64,000 bases of DNA. Origin: Octopus bimaculoides (lineage: Eukaryota). Positions 1 to 13,329 of this stretch are shown here, piece by piece. The notes under the pieces are model-generated. The model had not been told where the DNA came from. It saw nothing but the letters and a program-made list of their open reading frames with translations, and searched no databases. The position numbers and the translations under genes were made by a program. The stretch's first letter is position 1; every line of letters starts with the position of its first letter. Location of the stretch: positions 20,228,862 through 20,292,861 of the forward strand of contig NC_068984.1 in NCBI RefSeq assembly GCF_001194135.2. Direction: 5' to 3'.

Positions 1-132
1 TCTCAAATTCCAATGTTTTTGTACACTCAATGTTTTCTAATTTATAATTAGCTGCTCTTTTAAAGTTTCTATTAATAAAAATCCACTCATTTATTTATAA
101 TTATGCACGAATGTTTTATTCAATTAAGTGAG

Positions 133-418
133 TTCGTTGCCAGTGCCCCTGGACTGGCTCCTGTACAGGTGGCACGTAAAATATACCATTTCGAGCGTGG
201 CCATTGCCAGTACCTCCTGACTGGCCTTCGTGTGGGTGGCACGTAAAAGCACCCACTACACTCTCTGAGTGGTTGGCGTTAGAAAGCATCCCAGCTGTAG
301 AAACTCTGCCAAATCAGATTGGAGCCTGGTGTAGTAATCTGGTTCACCAGTCCTCAGTCAAATCGTCCAACCCATGCTAGCATGGAAAGCGGACGTTAAA
401 CGATGATGATGATGATGA
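133..418 (+). mobile_element. RTE 3'-UTR copy with two ~67-bp internal units and (GAT)n tail
   Basis: TTGCCAGT...GGCACGTAAAA units at 137 and 204; ends GGACGTTAAACGATGATGATG. Confidence 0.8.
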
Positions 419-2330
419 AATAAAACACATTATTTGCTTATAGAGTAAGAGTGGCTCAGTATTCTTATTTGACCCATGTAAGCTAGAAGATGGCAGTGCT
501 TATTAAGTGGCTTTTGTGAGGGATGAAATAGACATTGTGAGCACAGGTTGAGTGAGGCCATGTCAATGGGCCCCTACTCCAGCATGTCTGTGCATTGGGG
601 AAAGGGAGGAGTAAAGTTGCCATTTGTATTTTGTTATTCATTATCATATAAATGTATTGCTTTACAAGTATTATGTAATTTGATATGATATGTTAAATAT
701 ACATGTAGAAAATTTACCATTAGTGATATTGGCAGGTATTCAATTTTGGAGCAACAGAGTGGCATAAAATATTAAAGCAGTAATTGTAGTGGTGCATAAA
801 CCATGACCACCTGCCAAAATGGAATGCTTATGTCAGTATCAACAAGTCATAGCAGAGATGATGCCAAGTTGTATATGATCGAACTTTGACAACCATTCAC
901 TGTCCTGATGGAGCTGAGACAAGGCTGTCTATCTCCCTTTCTTTTACCAATGGCAATTGATTCAGTGATGAAAGAAAGAACCAAAGTACAACCCAGAGGA
1001 ATTATAATGGTCCCAAATTAACATGCCAAGATAAAACAGGTGGTGTTCTACTATTTTACATCTTCAATCACCACCATATGCCAACATTAAGGATATGAGC
1101 TTTTTTTATATATATTTTTTTTTCTTTTAATCCTTAACATAATTATGATACCTTGAAACATGACTCTTCCTCACAATGAAACAATTTCCATCCATCACAT
1201 TAATATAGCACAGGCAGAGCTGAGCTGAAGCTGGTTCACATTTATTCACATGAACCAGTTGTTAGAGCTTTTTTAAGAAATGAGAACTACTTGTTCACTT
1301 TCATGGCAGCTATTTTTGCTTCAAGGAAATATGCCCTATTTATTCTCAGTCTAAGTACTTTTGCCATGATAATTTCTACCGTAAGTATTTCGCCATAAAC
1401 TTTCTGTTGTCAAATATATTCGCTGCAATATTTTTAAAATACAACTAAGGTACTATAGTTGAACTAATAAAATAATCTAGTTCATAATCTACTTGTTACA
1501 AAGTACCTCGTTTGTCAAATTATAAAAAGAAAAAGACTAACAATATGAGTTAACCATCGATAATGCATTTAAGTTTTTAATTAGTTCAGTCCTCTTCATT
1601 ATTAAAGCTAATGCATTCCGAGTTCAAATGCCATCATGGTCAACTTCGCCTTTCATCCTTTTGGGGTTGATAAAATAAGTACCAGCTAAACACTGAGGCT
1701 GGTGTAACAAACTAGAAAATTTCAGGCCTTGTAAAAGAATTATTAATGTTATGTTTTTTTTTCCAATGTTATCCATCATATGACAAATAACAGTCTAGTT
1801 ATTAAAAAAAAAAAAAAAAGGAATGGTAAGGTAAATAAAAATGTTGAATTCTTTTTAAAAAAAAAANNNNNNNNNNNNNNNNNNNNNNNNNNNNNNNNNN
1901 NNNNNNNNNNNNNNNNNNNNNNNNNNNNNNNNNNNNNNNNNNNNNNNNNNNNNNNNNNNNNNNNNNNNNNNNNNNNNNNNNNNNNNNNNNNNNNNNNNNN
2001 NNNNNNNNNNNNNNNNNNNNNNNNNNNNNNNNNNNNNNNNNNNNNNNNNNNNNNNNNNNNNNNNNNNNNNNNNNNNNNNNNNNNNNNNNNNNNNNNNNNN
2101 NNNNNNNNNNNNNNNNNNNNNNNNNNNNNNNNNNNNNNNNNNNNNNNNNNNNNNNNNNNNNNNNNNNNNNNNNNNNNNNNNNNNNNNNNNNNNNNNNNNN
2201 GAGAGAGAGAGAAAGAGAGAGAGAGAGTGAGAGTGAGTGAGAGAGAGGCACCACTGCTTGGCAACCAGTGTTGGTGTTTACATCTCCATAACTTAGTAGT
2301 TTACCAAGAGATATCAATAGAATAAATACC

Positions 2331-2480
2331 AGGCGGCGTTAGGGAGGGCATCCAGCTGTAGAAACTCTGCCAAATTAGATTGGAGCCTGGTGTTGCCATC
2401 CGGTTTCACCAGTCCTCAGTCAAATCGTCCAACCCATGCTAGCATGGGAAGCGGACGTTAAACGATGATGATGATGATGA
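2331..2480 (+). mobile_element. RTE 3'-tail copy fused behind a SINE arm
   Basis: GGAGGGCATCCAGCTGTAGAAACTCTGCC...AACGATGATG, near identical to 290-418. Confidence 0.8.
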
Positions 2481-3427
2481 TATATATATAATAACTGCTG
2501 TTGTTGATTCATTCGGCTATAATTCCTGAAGGCAATTTACCCTTCAGGGCCACAATCTAATTACTGAAAGAAATAAAGGATAAAGATACAACAAAAAAAA
2601 ATCTGTTTTTAGAGCCTTTGATATGCTGTTTCCCATCCACTTTTCCATGCTTGCTCGGATTGGATGGAGTTTATCAAGGAAGACTTTCTACAGCCAGATG
2701 CCCTTCCTGTCACCAACCTTCACCTGTTTCCAAGTAAAGTAAAATTTCCCCATGAGCAGACATGTTTTCACAGAATATTGGAAATGAATAACACCACTTG
2801 TATGACAGTGACACTCATTTACAACTATCACACAAATACATACACAGACACATCTATATAAACACACACACAGAGCTTTTTTCAGTTTCCATCAACTAAA
2901 TCCAATCAGAAGTCTTTCATTAACCAAGGCTACAGAAGAAGACATTTGCTCAAGGAGACTGAACCCAAAGCCGTGTGGTTAGGTAGCAAACTTTCTAACC
3001 ACAAAGCCACATCTATGCTGCACTAAAAAATGTATTTGAAAGACCCGACAAGTGATATCACAGCCGTAGCCTACACCAGTATCGCATATCCAGCCCATTT
3101 AAATAGTACCTTTGAATCGTCGGGCAATACGCCGTGCTTGAGGAGACCTATTGAGTCAAGTAAAATCAAAATCAAATCATAGTTAAATGGAAATTGTAGC
3201 TGTGGCCAATGCCAGTGCCGCCTGACTGGCTCCCATGCTGCCGGTGGCATGTAAAAAGCACCATCCAAACGTTATTCAGTTGCTCTTGTTACTGAAAAGA
3301 TTTCCCCAACCCTGACATAGAGAATCCCTCATTGACTCATACAATACAATTATCTATCATGCTATGTTGAGTATTATATAATTAGAATAAAGGTGCTTTT
3401 GGTCAAATATTTAAATGTGCTTGAACA

Positions 3428-4670
3428 GAGATGTGTAGATTTGTGCTGCATCGTATTGCAAGACAGTATGAGAGAGAGAATCGTGATGTCATAGGAGAAA
3501 AATGTGTCCACATGGATGATGGTTCACTAGTATTTAATGATGCTGCAAAGAGAGAAACATGGAGACGCCACTATGAAAAGTTACTAAATGAAGAGAATGA
3601 ATGGGTGAGAGTCTGCCAAATGCTGACCCAATAGAAGGACCAGCTATTTGAATTGACAGTACCTTGGTAGATAAAGCAATTAAGGGTATGAAGACAGGGA
3701 AAGCCCCCCTTTCCCCCAGCTCATCAGGAATCACTGCTGAGATGCTTAAAATATCTGGCGGTGTAGGTTATAGTCGAGTCACCTGTATAGTCAACCAGGT
3801 GATACATGAAGGAGTTATACCCAATGACTGGTATAGCAACACCATAGTCAACTGATACAAAGGTAAAAGTGACGCATTAGATAGGAATAATTACAGAAGT
3901 ATCAAATTGGTGGATCAGGTGATGAAAGTCACAGATAGGGTCATAGTCCAACTAATTAGTGAGAGTTAGTTTAGACAAGATGCAGTTGGGGTTTGTGCCA
4001 GGGAGAAGCACTGCTAATATTATATTTCTGGTAAGACAGCTCCAGGAGAAGTTCCTAGCCAAAGATAAAGCCTTGTACTTGGCTTTCATTGACATGGAGA
4101 AACACCTTTCACAGGGTCCCCCGATCCCTTATCTGGTGGTCAATGCAGAAACTAGGGATAGATGAGTGGTTGGGGAGAACTGTACAAAACCTGTACAGGG
4201 ATGCTGTCAGTAAGGTGAGGGTTGGCAACGAGTATAGTGCAGAATTCCGAGTAGAAGTAGGGGTTCACCAAGGATCAGTCCTCAGACCCCTCTTGTTCAT
4301 CATAGTCCTCCAGGCAATAAGAGGAATTCAAGACAGGCTGCCCCTGGANNNNNNNNNNACCCCTCTTGTTCATCATAGTCCTCCAGGCAATAACAGAGGA
4401 ATTCAAGACAGGCTGCCCCTGGAAGCTCCTCTATGCTGATGACCTTGCTCTAATAGCCGAGTCACTATCAGAATTAGAGATGAAGTTTCAGGTGTGGAAG
4501 CAAGGTCTAGAATCGAAGGGCCTTAGAGTCAATCTAGCAAAAACCAAAGTCTTAGTAAGTAGGAAGGCAGACAAATCACAAATCCCTTCAGGTAGAGGGC
4601 CCTGCTCAATCTGTAGAAAAGGCGTAGGTAAAAACTCCAAAAGATGTACCTGGTGTAAGCTAAGGAAGGT
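3428..4670 (+). mobile_element. Degenerate RTE-like LINE reverse-transcriptase fragment
   Basis: Frameshifted ORFs with Q.GFVPGRST, GVHQGSVLRPLLF, LLYADDLALIA and LRVNLAKTK motifs. Confidence 0.9.
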
Positions 4671-4758
4671 TAACTGGAATGATAGCCCCCAGGCCAACCA
4701 AAGCCTTATCAGTGAATGGATTTGGTAGATGTAAACTGAAAAAAGCCTGTCATGTGTA

Positions 4759-4789
<31 letters not shown>

Positions 4790-5060
4790 ATGTATACACA
4801 GGTATTGGAAAGTGAATTTAAGAGGATTGTTATGAGTAGATTGGCTGAAGAGAATTAAATGCTTTTTGGTGCTAAATTTGAAATCATGATACCAAATTAA
4901 CTGCCATTCCTTCTTGCAGGGATAAGATAAAATTCTTATTCACTTAATTTTTTTTTCTACCATGCCTGTAAAAATCTAGTGATAATTAGTGTGGCTTTGG
5001 AGTTATGACTCCTTTCCTTAGCAAAGCTGGTGCTTCTTAGTACCCTAATTATATATATGC

Positions 5061-5154
5061 TTATATATATATATATATATATATATTTTATTAATTTACC
5101 TATACAGTTTTATGCTTGCAGCCACTAATATTATTATTTATTATGAATAATAAT

Positions 5155-5190
<36 letters not shown>

Positions 5191-5207
5191 TCTCTCTCTC
5201 TCTCTCT
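5061..5207. repeat. (TA)n, then (TG)n(TC)n microsatellites
   Basis: Seen directly; similar arrays at 15019-15048, 22738-22797, 38815-38925, 55764-55808, 56446-56550, 59144-59205 and 61729-61777. Confidence 0.95.
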
Positions 5208-7425
5208 CCCCACTTGACAACTTGTGCTGGCTGGTTTACTACGTCTCTGAAACTTAGTGGTTTGGCACAGAGAGTGATAGAATAAGTACCAGGCTTTAAA
5301 AAAATACCAAAGCTAATTTGTTTGACTAAACTCTTCAGTGGCCCCAGAAAAATAGAAGATACTAATGCTCTCTGCTCCTTGGTACTGACTACTTCATGCC
5401 GTCCCTTTAAATACTTTCAGTTTAACACTTTCAGCTCTTTTCCTCACTCATTGTGTCCAGCTCTCCAGACTCTACACTAACCACCACATACAGTCCCTTC
5501 TCCCCAGAGTGCAATCCCTCTAGAATTCTCTCGCTGTACATGTCTTCCCTGCAGATATCAACTAACAACAATTTCAGTGGAATATTAACAACATCAATTT
5601 CACTGGTTTCAGAAGGTTTGCAAAGACCATGAGTAATGCTTTTTCATTGACCCTTAACAAATAAAAGAATGGATCATATGATTCAGGCATACAATTAAAC
5701 CCAGATAGCCACAGGAGCCTCACAACAGTACTAAATACGTCATATTAAAATAATTATAAAATAAAATACAAACAAGACTTGATGAGCAGACTAAGACATT
5801 AATTCTTATGAATATGACTGCTGAATGCATTGCTGGGTTTTTGGGGGGTTTTTAGGACAGCTCATCTATCATTAGTCTCAAGCTGTCACCAAACACTCAC
5901 AAGTGGCTCATCATAGCTATTTGAAAAGTGACAACATAGGAATTGTCTTGGTGGATGGGTGGGTTAAGCCTGATAATTACAGCCCCCGTGAATCAGACTT
6001 GTGTATTCAGCATTACAAAGAATGTTTCAGTAGATCCAGCCACATAAAATTCATAACCGAAAAAAGTTGTAAAAGTTGTAAATGTAAGTTTCAATAGGCA
6101 GATGATCGCTGAGATGATGGAACAATATCCCACTGTGATACATTAATAAGTCACAAAAGATTCTATTGTCAGCCTATCCAACCAAGGAAGTTGCTAGTCT
6201 TCAATATTCTAATGGAAATGGGAATGACTGAGCAAAGGCCCTTCTACCTTAAAACCCTTCTCACACTCATCATTCGGATTTCTGACAAGCATCTCTCAGT
6301 TGTAACCACTTCACTCCACCAATGTTGCTTGTACTTTTAAAGAAGGCCTGTCCCGTAACCTTATACATACAACTTGGGCTTAAGTACAGAAACAATGTAA
6401 TAAAACATCCTTCAATGAAGTTTAACTTGTTATAACATTCAAGAAAGAATTTTGAGTTCTAGTTGTTCAATATTTTTGTGCTATGCATCTGAGTTCAAAT
6501 TTCAGCGTTAATCCTTCCTAAAAAATAAATAGGTACTAGTAAGCTCAGTGGAATCAAATGAGTTAATATTATCCCTCACTTTTTAAAAATTAACTATTGT
6601 ACTTGAAGAAAAATCATATTTTGCCATTCATTGAATATAAATAATTGAGAATTCTAAATATAAAAACGAAAGGAGAGAACAAGACCAATTTCTTTGAGTT
6701 TATAAAAAGAGTTTTAATGAAGTTTTATAGTTAATCATTAATATGGTTATGACTTTGCCTGAAATTGTAAATGTGTTCAGTTACGAATGCATTATTGAAT
6801 TTCGAAATAGGGTCATAGATACGATGGAATGCGTGTGAAAGCGGGAGGGGGTGTAACTTTATTTTATATTTAAATGTACTCCAAGCCGAATCAAATTACC
6901 ACGATTTTGCGGGGAGCTTTTTATAAACTTTTCGATTGTTTGGTTAATTCTAAGGGACGGATAATACTTTATTAAGATACCCTAATGTTTTTACAGGAAA
7001 AAATACATGTATGTAAGTTGAGTGGCACCAACTCCCAAAAGAAAAACAGCTGTCAATGTTAATGACAACCGCAGCATAAAATAAGACAAGGCCCGGCTAT
7101 CACACAAATTAATAACGAAGAAATATAGCCAATGTGTACTTAAATGTAAATAAGTATTGCAAATAGACCAAATAGGAGAGGGGAAACATCACTACAAGTT
7201 AGATAGATCTACAGTTGTCAAAAATAACACATGATTTAAAACAATAAACAGTAATGTCGACAACAGCAAAAGTAACAATTCTTCGAAGAGACATTAGTGT
7301 GTCCCTGAAAACAAATGCCACGAATGACAAAGCATATCATAATATCTAAAGACAAAATCTAATTCGAAAATGTTAAAATAAATTCTAAATATATAGTAGA
7401 AGAGTAAATAAAGAACAATTCCTAC

Positions 7426-7456
7426 CTGTCTGCTTTTCCCGTAAGGAAGCTGACAT
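7426..7456 (-). CDS. SCFD1: Sly1/SCFD1-like SM protein, coding exon 1 (MSASLREKQT + phase-1 G); rest of gene not found in window
   Basis: Minus strand reads ATG TCA GCT TCC TTA CGG GAA AAG CAG ACA G|GTAGGA in a CpG-rich promoter-like patch. The peptide matches the SCFD1 N-terminus (..ASIRERQT-V). Only 10 codons support the call. Confidence 0.65.
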
Positions 7457-7727
7457 CTTGCCCGTCCTGTTTACGACGCCTGCGTGAACGTGGCACAAAG
7501 AAGAGTTCCTAGTCAAGAGCAAACACTCTCGTTCAATTGCATGTTACATTCCCTTTATAACGCACTTGTTGGTTGGGCATTATTGATCAGTATTATTATG
7601 CAATGAAATATGTTTTCCTCTAATTTCAGGAATTTAATTTCTATTTATTTTATATTGAGTAGAGGGGAAACTTTTTTGTTGAGTAATTTATATTCTGTAG
7701 AATCCAAATTTAACGGTTCGTTGCCCG

Positions 7728-7735
7728 CCACGTCA
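7728..7735 (-). promoter_or_regulatory. UPRE/CREB3-type motif TGACGTGG ~270 bp upstream of the SCFD1 ATG
   Basis: CCACGTCA on the plus strand inside the CpG-rich promoter patch; sequence match only. Confidence 0.35.
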
Positions 7736-7862
7736 ACAAGTAATTTAGGATTTTTTTAAAAGTTCATTTTCTTTTTCATTTTAAGTTCCAATGAAATCAA
7801 AAATCACAAACGTCTGAATAATTAGTGAACAGAATTGAGTAACAGGGGAAAGCTCACAGTTT

Positions 7863-8935
7863 GGTGGACATTGGAATTAGACGCTGAGGGGAAATGGCTG
7901 TAACTTTTTTGTTTTATAATTTTGACGATTTTCGTTTTCGATAATGTGTTCTATATGTCACGGTCATGCGATTCCCCCTAAAAGAAATTTTGGACAAATC
8001 CCCACCCACCCACANNNNNNNNNNNNNNNNNNNNNNNNNNNNNNNNNNNNNNNNNNNNNNNNNNNNNNNNNNNNNNNNNNNNNNNNNNNNNNNNNNNNNN
8101 NNNNNNNNNNNNNNNNNNNNNNNNNNNNNNNNNNNNNNNNNNNNNNNNNNNNNNNNNNNNNNNNNNNNNNNNNNNNNNNNNNNNNNNNNNNNNNNNNNNN
8201 NNNNNNNNNNNNNNNNNNNNNNNNNNNNNNNNNNNNNNNNNNNNNNNNNNNNNNNNNNNNNNNNNNNNNNNNNNNNNNNNNNNNNNNNNNNNNNNNNNNN
8301 NNNNNNNNNNNNNNNNNNNNNNNNNNNNNNNNNNNNNNNNNNNNNNNNNNNNNNNNNNNNNNNNNNNNNNNNNNNNNNNNNNNNNNNNNNNNNNNNNNNN
8401 NNNNNNNNNNNNNNNNNNNNNNNNNNNNNNNNNNNNNNNNNNNNNNNNNNNNNNNNNNNNNNNNNNNNNNNNNNNNNNNNNNNNNNNNNNNNNNNNNNNN
8501 NNNNNNNNNNNNNNNNNNNNNNNNNNNNNNNNNNNNNNNNNNNNNNNNNNNNNNNNNNNNNNNNNNNNNNNNNNNNNNNNNNNNNNNNNNNNNNNNNNNN
8601 NNNNNNNNNNNNNCACATATGATCCTTTTTCTGTTTCAATATAAATGTAAGCCGTTCATTTTCACATCTAAGTTGCGAGAAGGCTATTCGTACGACCTGG
8701 ACATGTAGAACACAATGTCAAAAATGAAAATCGCCAAAAAAAAAACCCCAAAAAATCATCATCACCCCACCCACCCTTTGTGTGTGGGGTGGGGGAGGGG
8801 GTTCCAAAATTTTTTTAAAGGGGGAATCGCATGACCGTGACATATAGAACACATTATCGAAAACGAAAATCGTCAAAATTAAAAAATAAAAAAGTTACAG
8901 CCATTTTCCCTCAGTGTCTAATTCCAATGTCCACC
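7863..8935. mobile_element. Non-autonomous DNA transposon (Merlin-like MITE) with ~130-bp TIRs
   Basis: TIR GGTGGACATTGGAATTAGAC... mirrored at 8935; exact 8-bp TSD CACAGTTT at 7855-7862 and 8936-8943; interior mostly N gap. Confidence 0.85.
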
Positions 8936-10504
8936 CACAGTTTTTCAATTAGAGAAAACGTCATTGGAAAGAATGTCTCATTTAACTTAAATGTCATTAA
9001 TAACAATGACAGTAATTCAATATTTTAAGTCGCTTATTGAACAAGACAACGTACTCAGTGACAACAATTTCTAGGATTTGTGTCTACACATATGTAAAAT
9101 ATATAACTTATTTAATATGTATAATATAATATTCTGGTTGCCTTAAATAAAGTAATGAAAAAGTTCAATTTTTCTTTCTTTGTAATTCACTTTATTTTGT
9201 AAAATATTACACACACACACACATACATACATATATACATATAATACTTTTACAAGATAACTCCTAAGCCTTCATCGAGCTGTCCAACGAAGGTTAACAG
9301 GCCGAAATTTCGTAAGTACGTATACCTCACTGGCGGTGCATCAGCATGGCCACAACCTTAGAGCTGAAACGTGTAAAAGAATGTGTATGTTCAAAGTTAA
9401 ATTATAATGATTCTCCGTATATCATATTTCCTGATATTGCTTACGGTCGCAAAAGTTTTGTTGCAAAGAAGACGGCGAGCTGGCGGAATCATTTACACGA
9501 CAGGCGAAATGCATAGCGGCATTCCGTACGTCTTAATGTTCTGAGTTCAAATTCCGCAGAGGCCAACTCTGCCTTTCATCCTTTCGAAGTCGATAAAAGT
9601 AGTACCTTGGACGCACTTTTGTCCTTGTAACCGACTTACTTCCTCCTCGAAATTGCCGGCCTGGTGCCAAAGTTTGAAACCAATATTATTGTTGTAAATG
9701 TGATATATCCATGTGGAACAGTTTGATATGAATTCTTAAGTTAACGAATATCATAGTGATTAATGTAAAGGGGAAAAAATACTCTGTAAACAAATAGCTT
9801 ACTTGAAAAGTATCCAAGGAAAATATTCATTAAAATACCTATTAAATATTGCAGGGCCTTTTTCACCTACAATCAACTACTCCGTCATTTACTCCCCCAC
9901 CACCTGCTTCTTCTATCTCTGATTCTTTCCCACTTTGTGCGTGTAACGTTCCTATACTCATTGCCTGCTACTAAACCTTGTATGTGCACTCATCCTTCTT
10001 CTCTTATGTTAAACCTCTCTGTATCTCTTTTACCCTCTCCCCCCTTTCTCTATACGATGTAAAGTGTAACAAGACATCAACCAACCAACATTTTTATCAG
10101 CTATTGTTAGAGGCACGTAAATATAGATACACACACACACTCACACATGTGTGTATGTGTATATGGTTACCCAAACTAACTGCTTTTTTTACCTCTTCCT
10201 ACCAACTACTTGTCAAGTTTATATTCCTTCTTAAACTGTAGTTTTGTTTCTGTATGTGTGTGTGTGTGTGTGTGTAAGCATGTGTCATGTAGATGATGAC
10301 TATCGACTATGTAGCTTTTATCATCTTTACCATACCTCTATCATTACTCATCAATTTCAATGTTACTCTATTAACTTAAACTTCTTGTGTTAACTTAGTC
10401 TCACAATGCATAAAACTCTCAGGTCTTCAGTCACTCTGTAAATTGTATATGTTAATGATAATTATTATTATTATTTATATATGTATATATATATATGTGT
10501 GAGT

Positions 10505-11178
10505 GTGTGTGTAAAAGAAATGAAGCTAGCAAGCTTCACTGGATGTGCAATGTCAGTGTGCATGTAAAACAGAGCGTAAGTGTCTTGAGAGAAAAGTTGG
10601 GCATCAGAGGCATCAGATGTGGTGTGCAAGAGAGACGACTGTGCTGGTATGGTCATGTGATGCCTATGGATGAGGGCAGCTGTGTAAAGAAATGCCGATC
10701 TCTAACTGTGGAAGGAAGCTGTGGAAGAGGTAGACCCAGGAAGACATGGGACGAGGTGGTGAAGCATGATCTTCAAGCATTGGGCTTCAGAGAGGTGATG
10801 ACTAGTGGCCGAGACTTTTGATGATATGCCTTGCTTGAGACGACCTGACAAGCCAAGTGAGATCATAGTTGTGTCTGATATCAGTGTCACATAACTGGCA
10901 CCTGTGTTAGTGGGATGTAAAAGGACCCATCAAGCCAAGTGAAATCGTAGTCATGGAAAATACTGGTGTCATGCAACTGGCACCCATGCCAGTGGCACAT
11001 AAAAGCACCCATTATACTCTTGGAGTGAGTGGCATTAGGAAGGGTATCCAGCCATAGAAACGAGGGCAAATGAGACTGGAGTCTGGTGCAGCCCCTCAGC
11101 TTACTGACCCTGGTCAAACCATTCAACCCATGCCAGCATGGACAACAGACATTAAATGATGATGATGATGATGATGAC
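10505..11178 (+). mobile_element. 5'-truncated RTE-like LINE: ORF2 C-terminus plus 3' UTR with internal tandem unit and (GAT)n tail
   Basis: RRLCWYGHV...GRGRPRKTWDEVVKHDL, followed by the same 3' tail found in many short copies in the window. Confidence 0.88.
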
Positions 11179-12844
11179 GAGGATATATATATATATTAAT
11201 CAAAGTGTTCAGTATTATATATCCATTACAATTGATCTTACAATCATACTAAGGGTTCAACAGGATGTTAAATATGTAATTATGTAACCCTGCACTCTTC
11301 AGAGTTGGTCACAAGTCTCAAGAGCACAGTGTTACATAATCAATCTGTTATCTAACATCCCATTGTACCCCCAGTATGAAACCAATTAGTAAGATCAGCC
11401 ATAATGGATTTATAAAACTGTCGTTCTCAACCTTTTGTAACTCAACATCTCCTTTCTCCCAATTTCATTTTACAAATATTCCCTCCTTTTGCAAAAAGAA
11501 TGAAAAAATTAATTTTGCACCAAGACACTTACCATCAACCATGTTTCTTCCCACTGGTAATGCAATCTCCTCATATTTTAATCCAAGCAAAAAATTTCCT
11601 TCTTTTTTTTTTTTAATGTGTGCTTAAAATATAAGCATGTTATAAACAGTTTTATTTCTAAGAAAAATCACAGCCCCTCTAAATACCCAGTGCCGCCAAA
11701 GCACCCCATGACATTTTCTGCCTTCTTCTGATCTCACAACATCTTCAAGAGGGTGCTGCCACCCAGTTTAAAAATCACTGCTCTAAATAAACCAACCTTT
11801 TATCTTACCAACCTACAATTATATAAAAGTGAAGCAGTAGTGGCCAAAAAAAGAAACGAGTGATATTTGCCAGCAATTATTTATATATAGATTGCCTAAA
11901 ATCTATATTTGAACCAGCCAACTCCTAAATATTCCTCAAAGCTCTAACAGTGAGAAATCAAAAATAATTCTTTGAAGCGTTAAGACTGTGGCATCATTGA
12001 GCTTCTTCAGTTTTTTATCTTTTGTTTGCTTTCCATTTTAATGAATATTCCCTACCAAAACATTTTTACAAACTTAGCTCACTTTATACCTATTTACCAC
12101 AGATAGTAGTGTCAGTGAAAACACAAGCAAAATTCTTAAAAGTATTTTTCATTCTAATGATTTTTCAACAGCCCAACTATATAAAATAAATTACTGACAT
12201 GAATTATCTATTTGCATGAAAACTGATAGTTAAGTTAGTGTCAACATATTTAATGCAGCAAGTATCAAAATATATGATCAGAAAAAGAATAACGTGTGCT
12301 CAATGACTAATAATATTTCAATAATTTTGCTATTAAGGGAGATAACTCCAGACATGATTTGGACTTCTTAGGCCTCTTCAGTGAAGCATGATTCACAGTA
12401 CTGATGAGGGAATCACTAAATAGACGTAAAATATTGTACACAAATATGAATGACAATTAGTATATTTGAAAATACATGTAACATCATGCTTTTTTCTTTT
12501 CATGACATGATTGTGATACTGATTTCACTGAATCAGTAATGGTCATTCAGCTAAGTAATATTATGTCTCTCTTGGCACTTTCTGTATAGAATATTCAAAC
12601 AGATTTGTTTGCATATTAACTAACCAGACATACTGGAATTTACTAGTTAAAATATTAATGCTATGAGTATAAATATATATACTCAGAACTAACTTTGTGA
12701 TGAAGAAAAGACAGCATAAGCTCAATGTCAAATTATATTTAGATAACTGATGCAAATATAGAAATTAACACTTAAGAATTTTACATGATTGGCTATTTTC
12801 AGTTGATCAAATCGTTTGTTTTTTGGTGCAAACTAGTTTTTAAA

Positions 12845-13092
12845 ACAGTCTCCTCAGCAGGGCATGTAACTCAGAGATCAAGGAGTCTCCCCAGGTCAAG
12901 CTACATAGGGGTAGACCATGATCAGGATGGTTAGATAATATCCAAACTCTCAGTTGGTCATACTTGGGAATCCAGCAGAAAAGTTTAATTATGAATGTTT
13001 CTGATGGGACCCTATAGAGGTGCCTGGGAATTTTTCCCACCATGACTCCCCGAAAAATAGTGGATGACAAAAATGAATGAATAAATGAATAA
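12845..13092 (+). mobile_element. 3' end of a second RTE-like LINE with (ATGA)n tail
   Basis: HRGRP*SGWLDNI motif followed by AATGAATGAATAAATGAATAA. Confidence 0.55.
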
Positions 13093-13329
13093 AAGGCTTA
13101 CTTGTTTGTAAGCGAAATGAATTGGTTTTGAGGTATACAGTGCTTTTTAACACTCTACATCATAAATGGACTTTCCCTAGACAAAATACTTCAGCTGAAA
13201 AGCATTTAAACAAAAAACACAAACATAGGTGCGGGCATGGTTATGTTGAGGTGCAGGTATGGCTGTGTGGAGGCGCAGGCTTAGGTGTTTGGGAAGAAGC
13301 TTGCTTCCCAACCACACAGAATCTTTTCT

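Noticed and set aside
133-260. Spaced ~67-bp repeats that could suggest a CRISPR-like array
   Set aside because: Only two degenerate units, part of a dispersed LINE tail in eukaryotic DNA; no cas genes.
1776-2325. Long ORFs in the track containing X runs (also 7914-8708, 21129-21420, 22947-23526, 39342-39967, 42957-43686, 60211-60879)
   Set aside because: Open only because N gaps and microsatellites lack stop codons.
4286-4423. Tandem duplicate of ~63 bp inside the RTE fragment
   Set aside because: The copies flank a 10-N gap and differ by a 2-bp indel, typical of an unmerged contig or haplotype overlap rather than a real repeat.
5330-6420. Mixed-composition stretch that may be an old transposon or LINE (also 24520-24990)
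   Set aside because: No diagnostic motif, terminus or TSD could be recognised.
1-7400. Further SCFD1 exons expected downstream of exon 1
   Set aside because: No ALKRMLN/EPVWK/VLIYD-like frame was found by eye; probably outside the window or in a gap, so none are reported.
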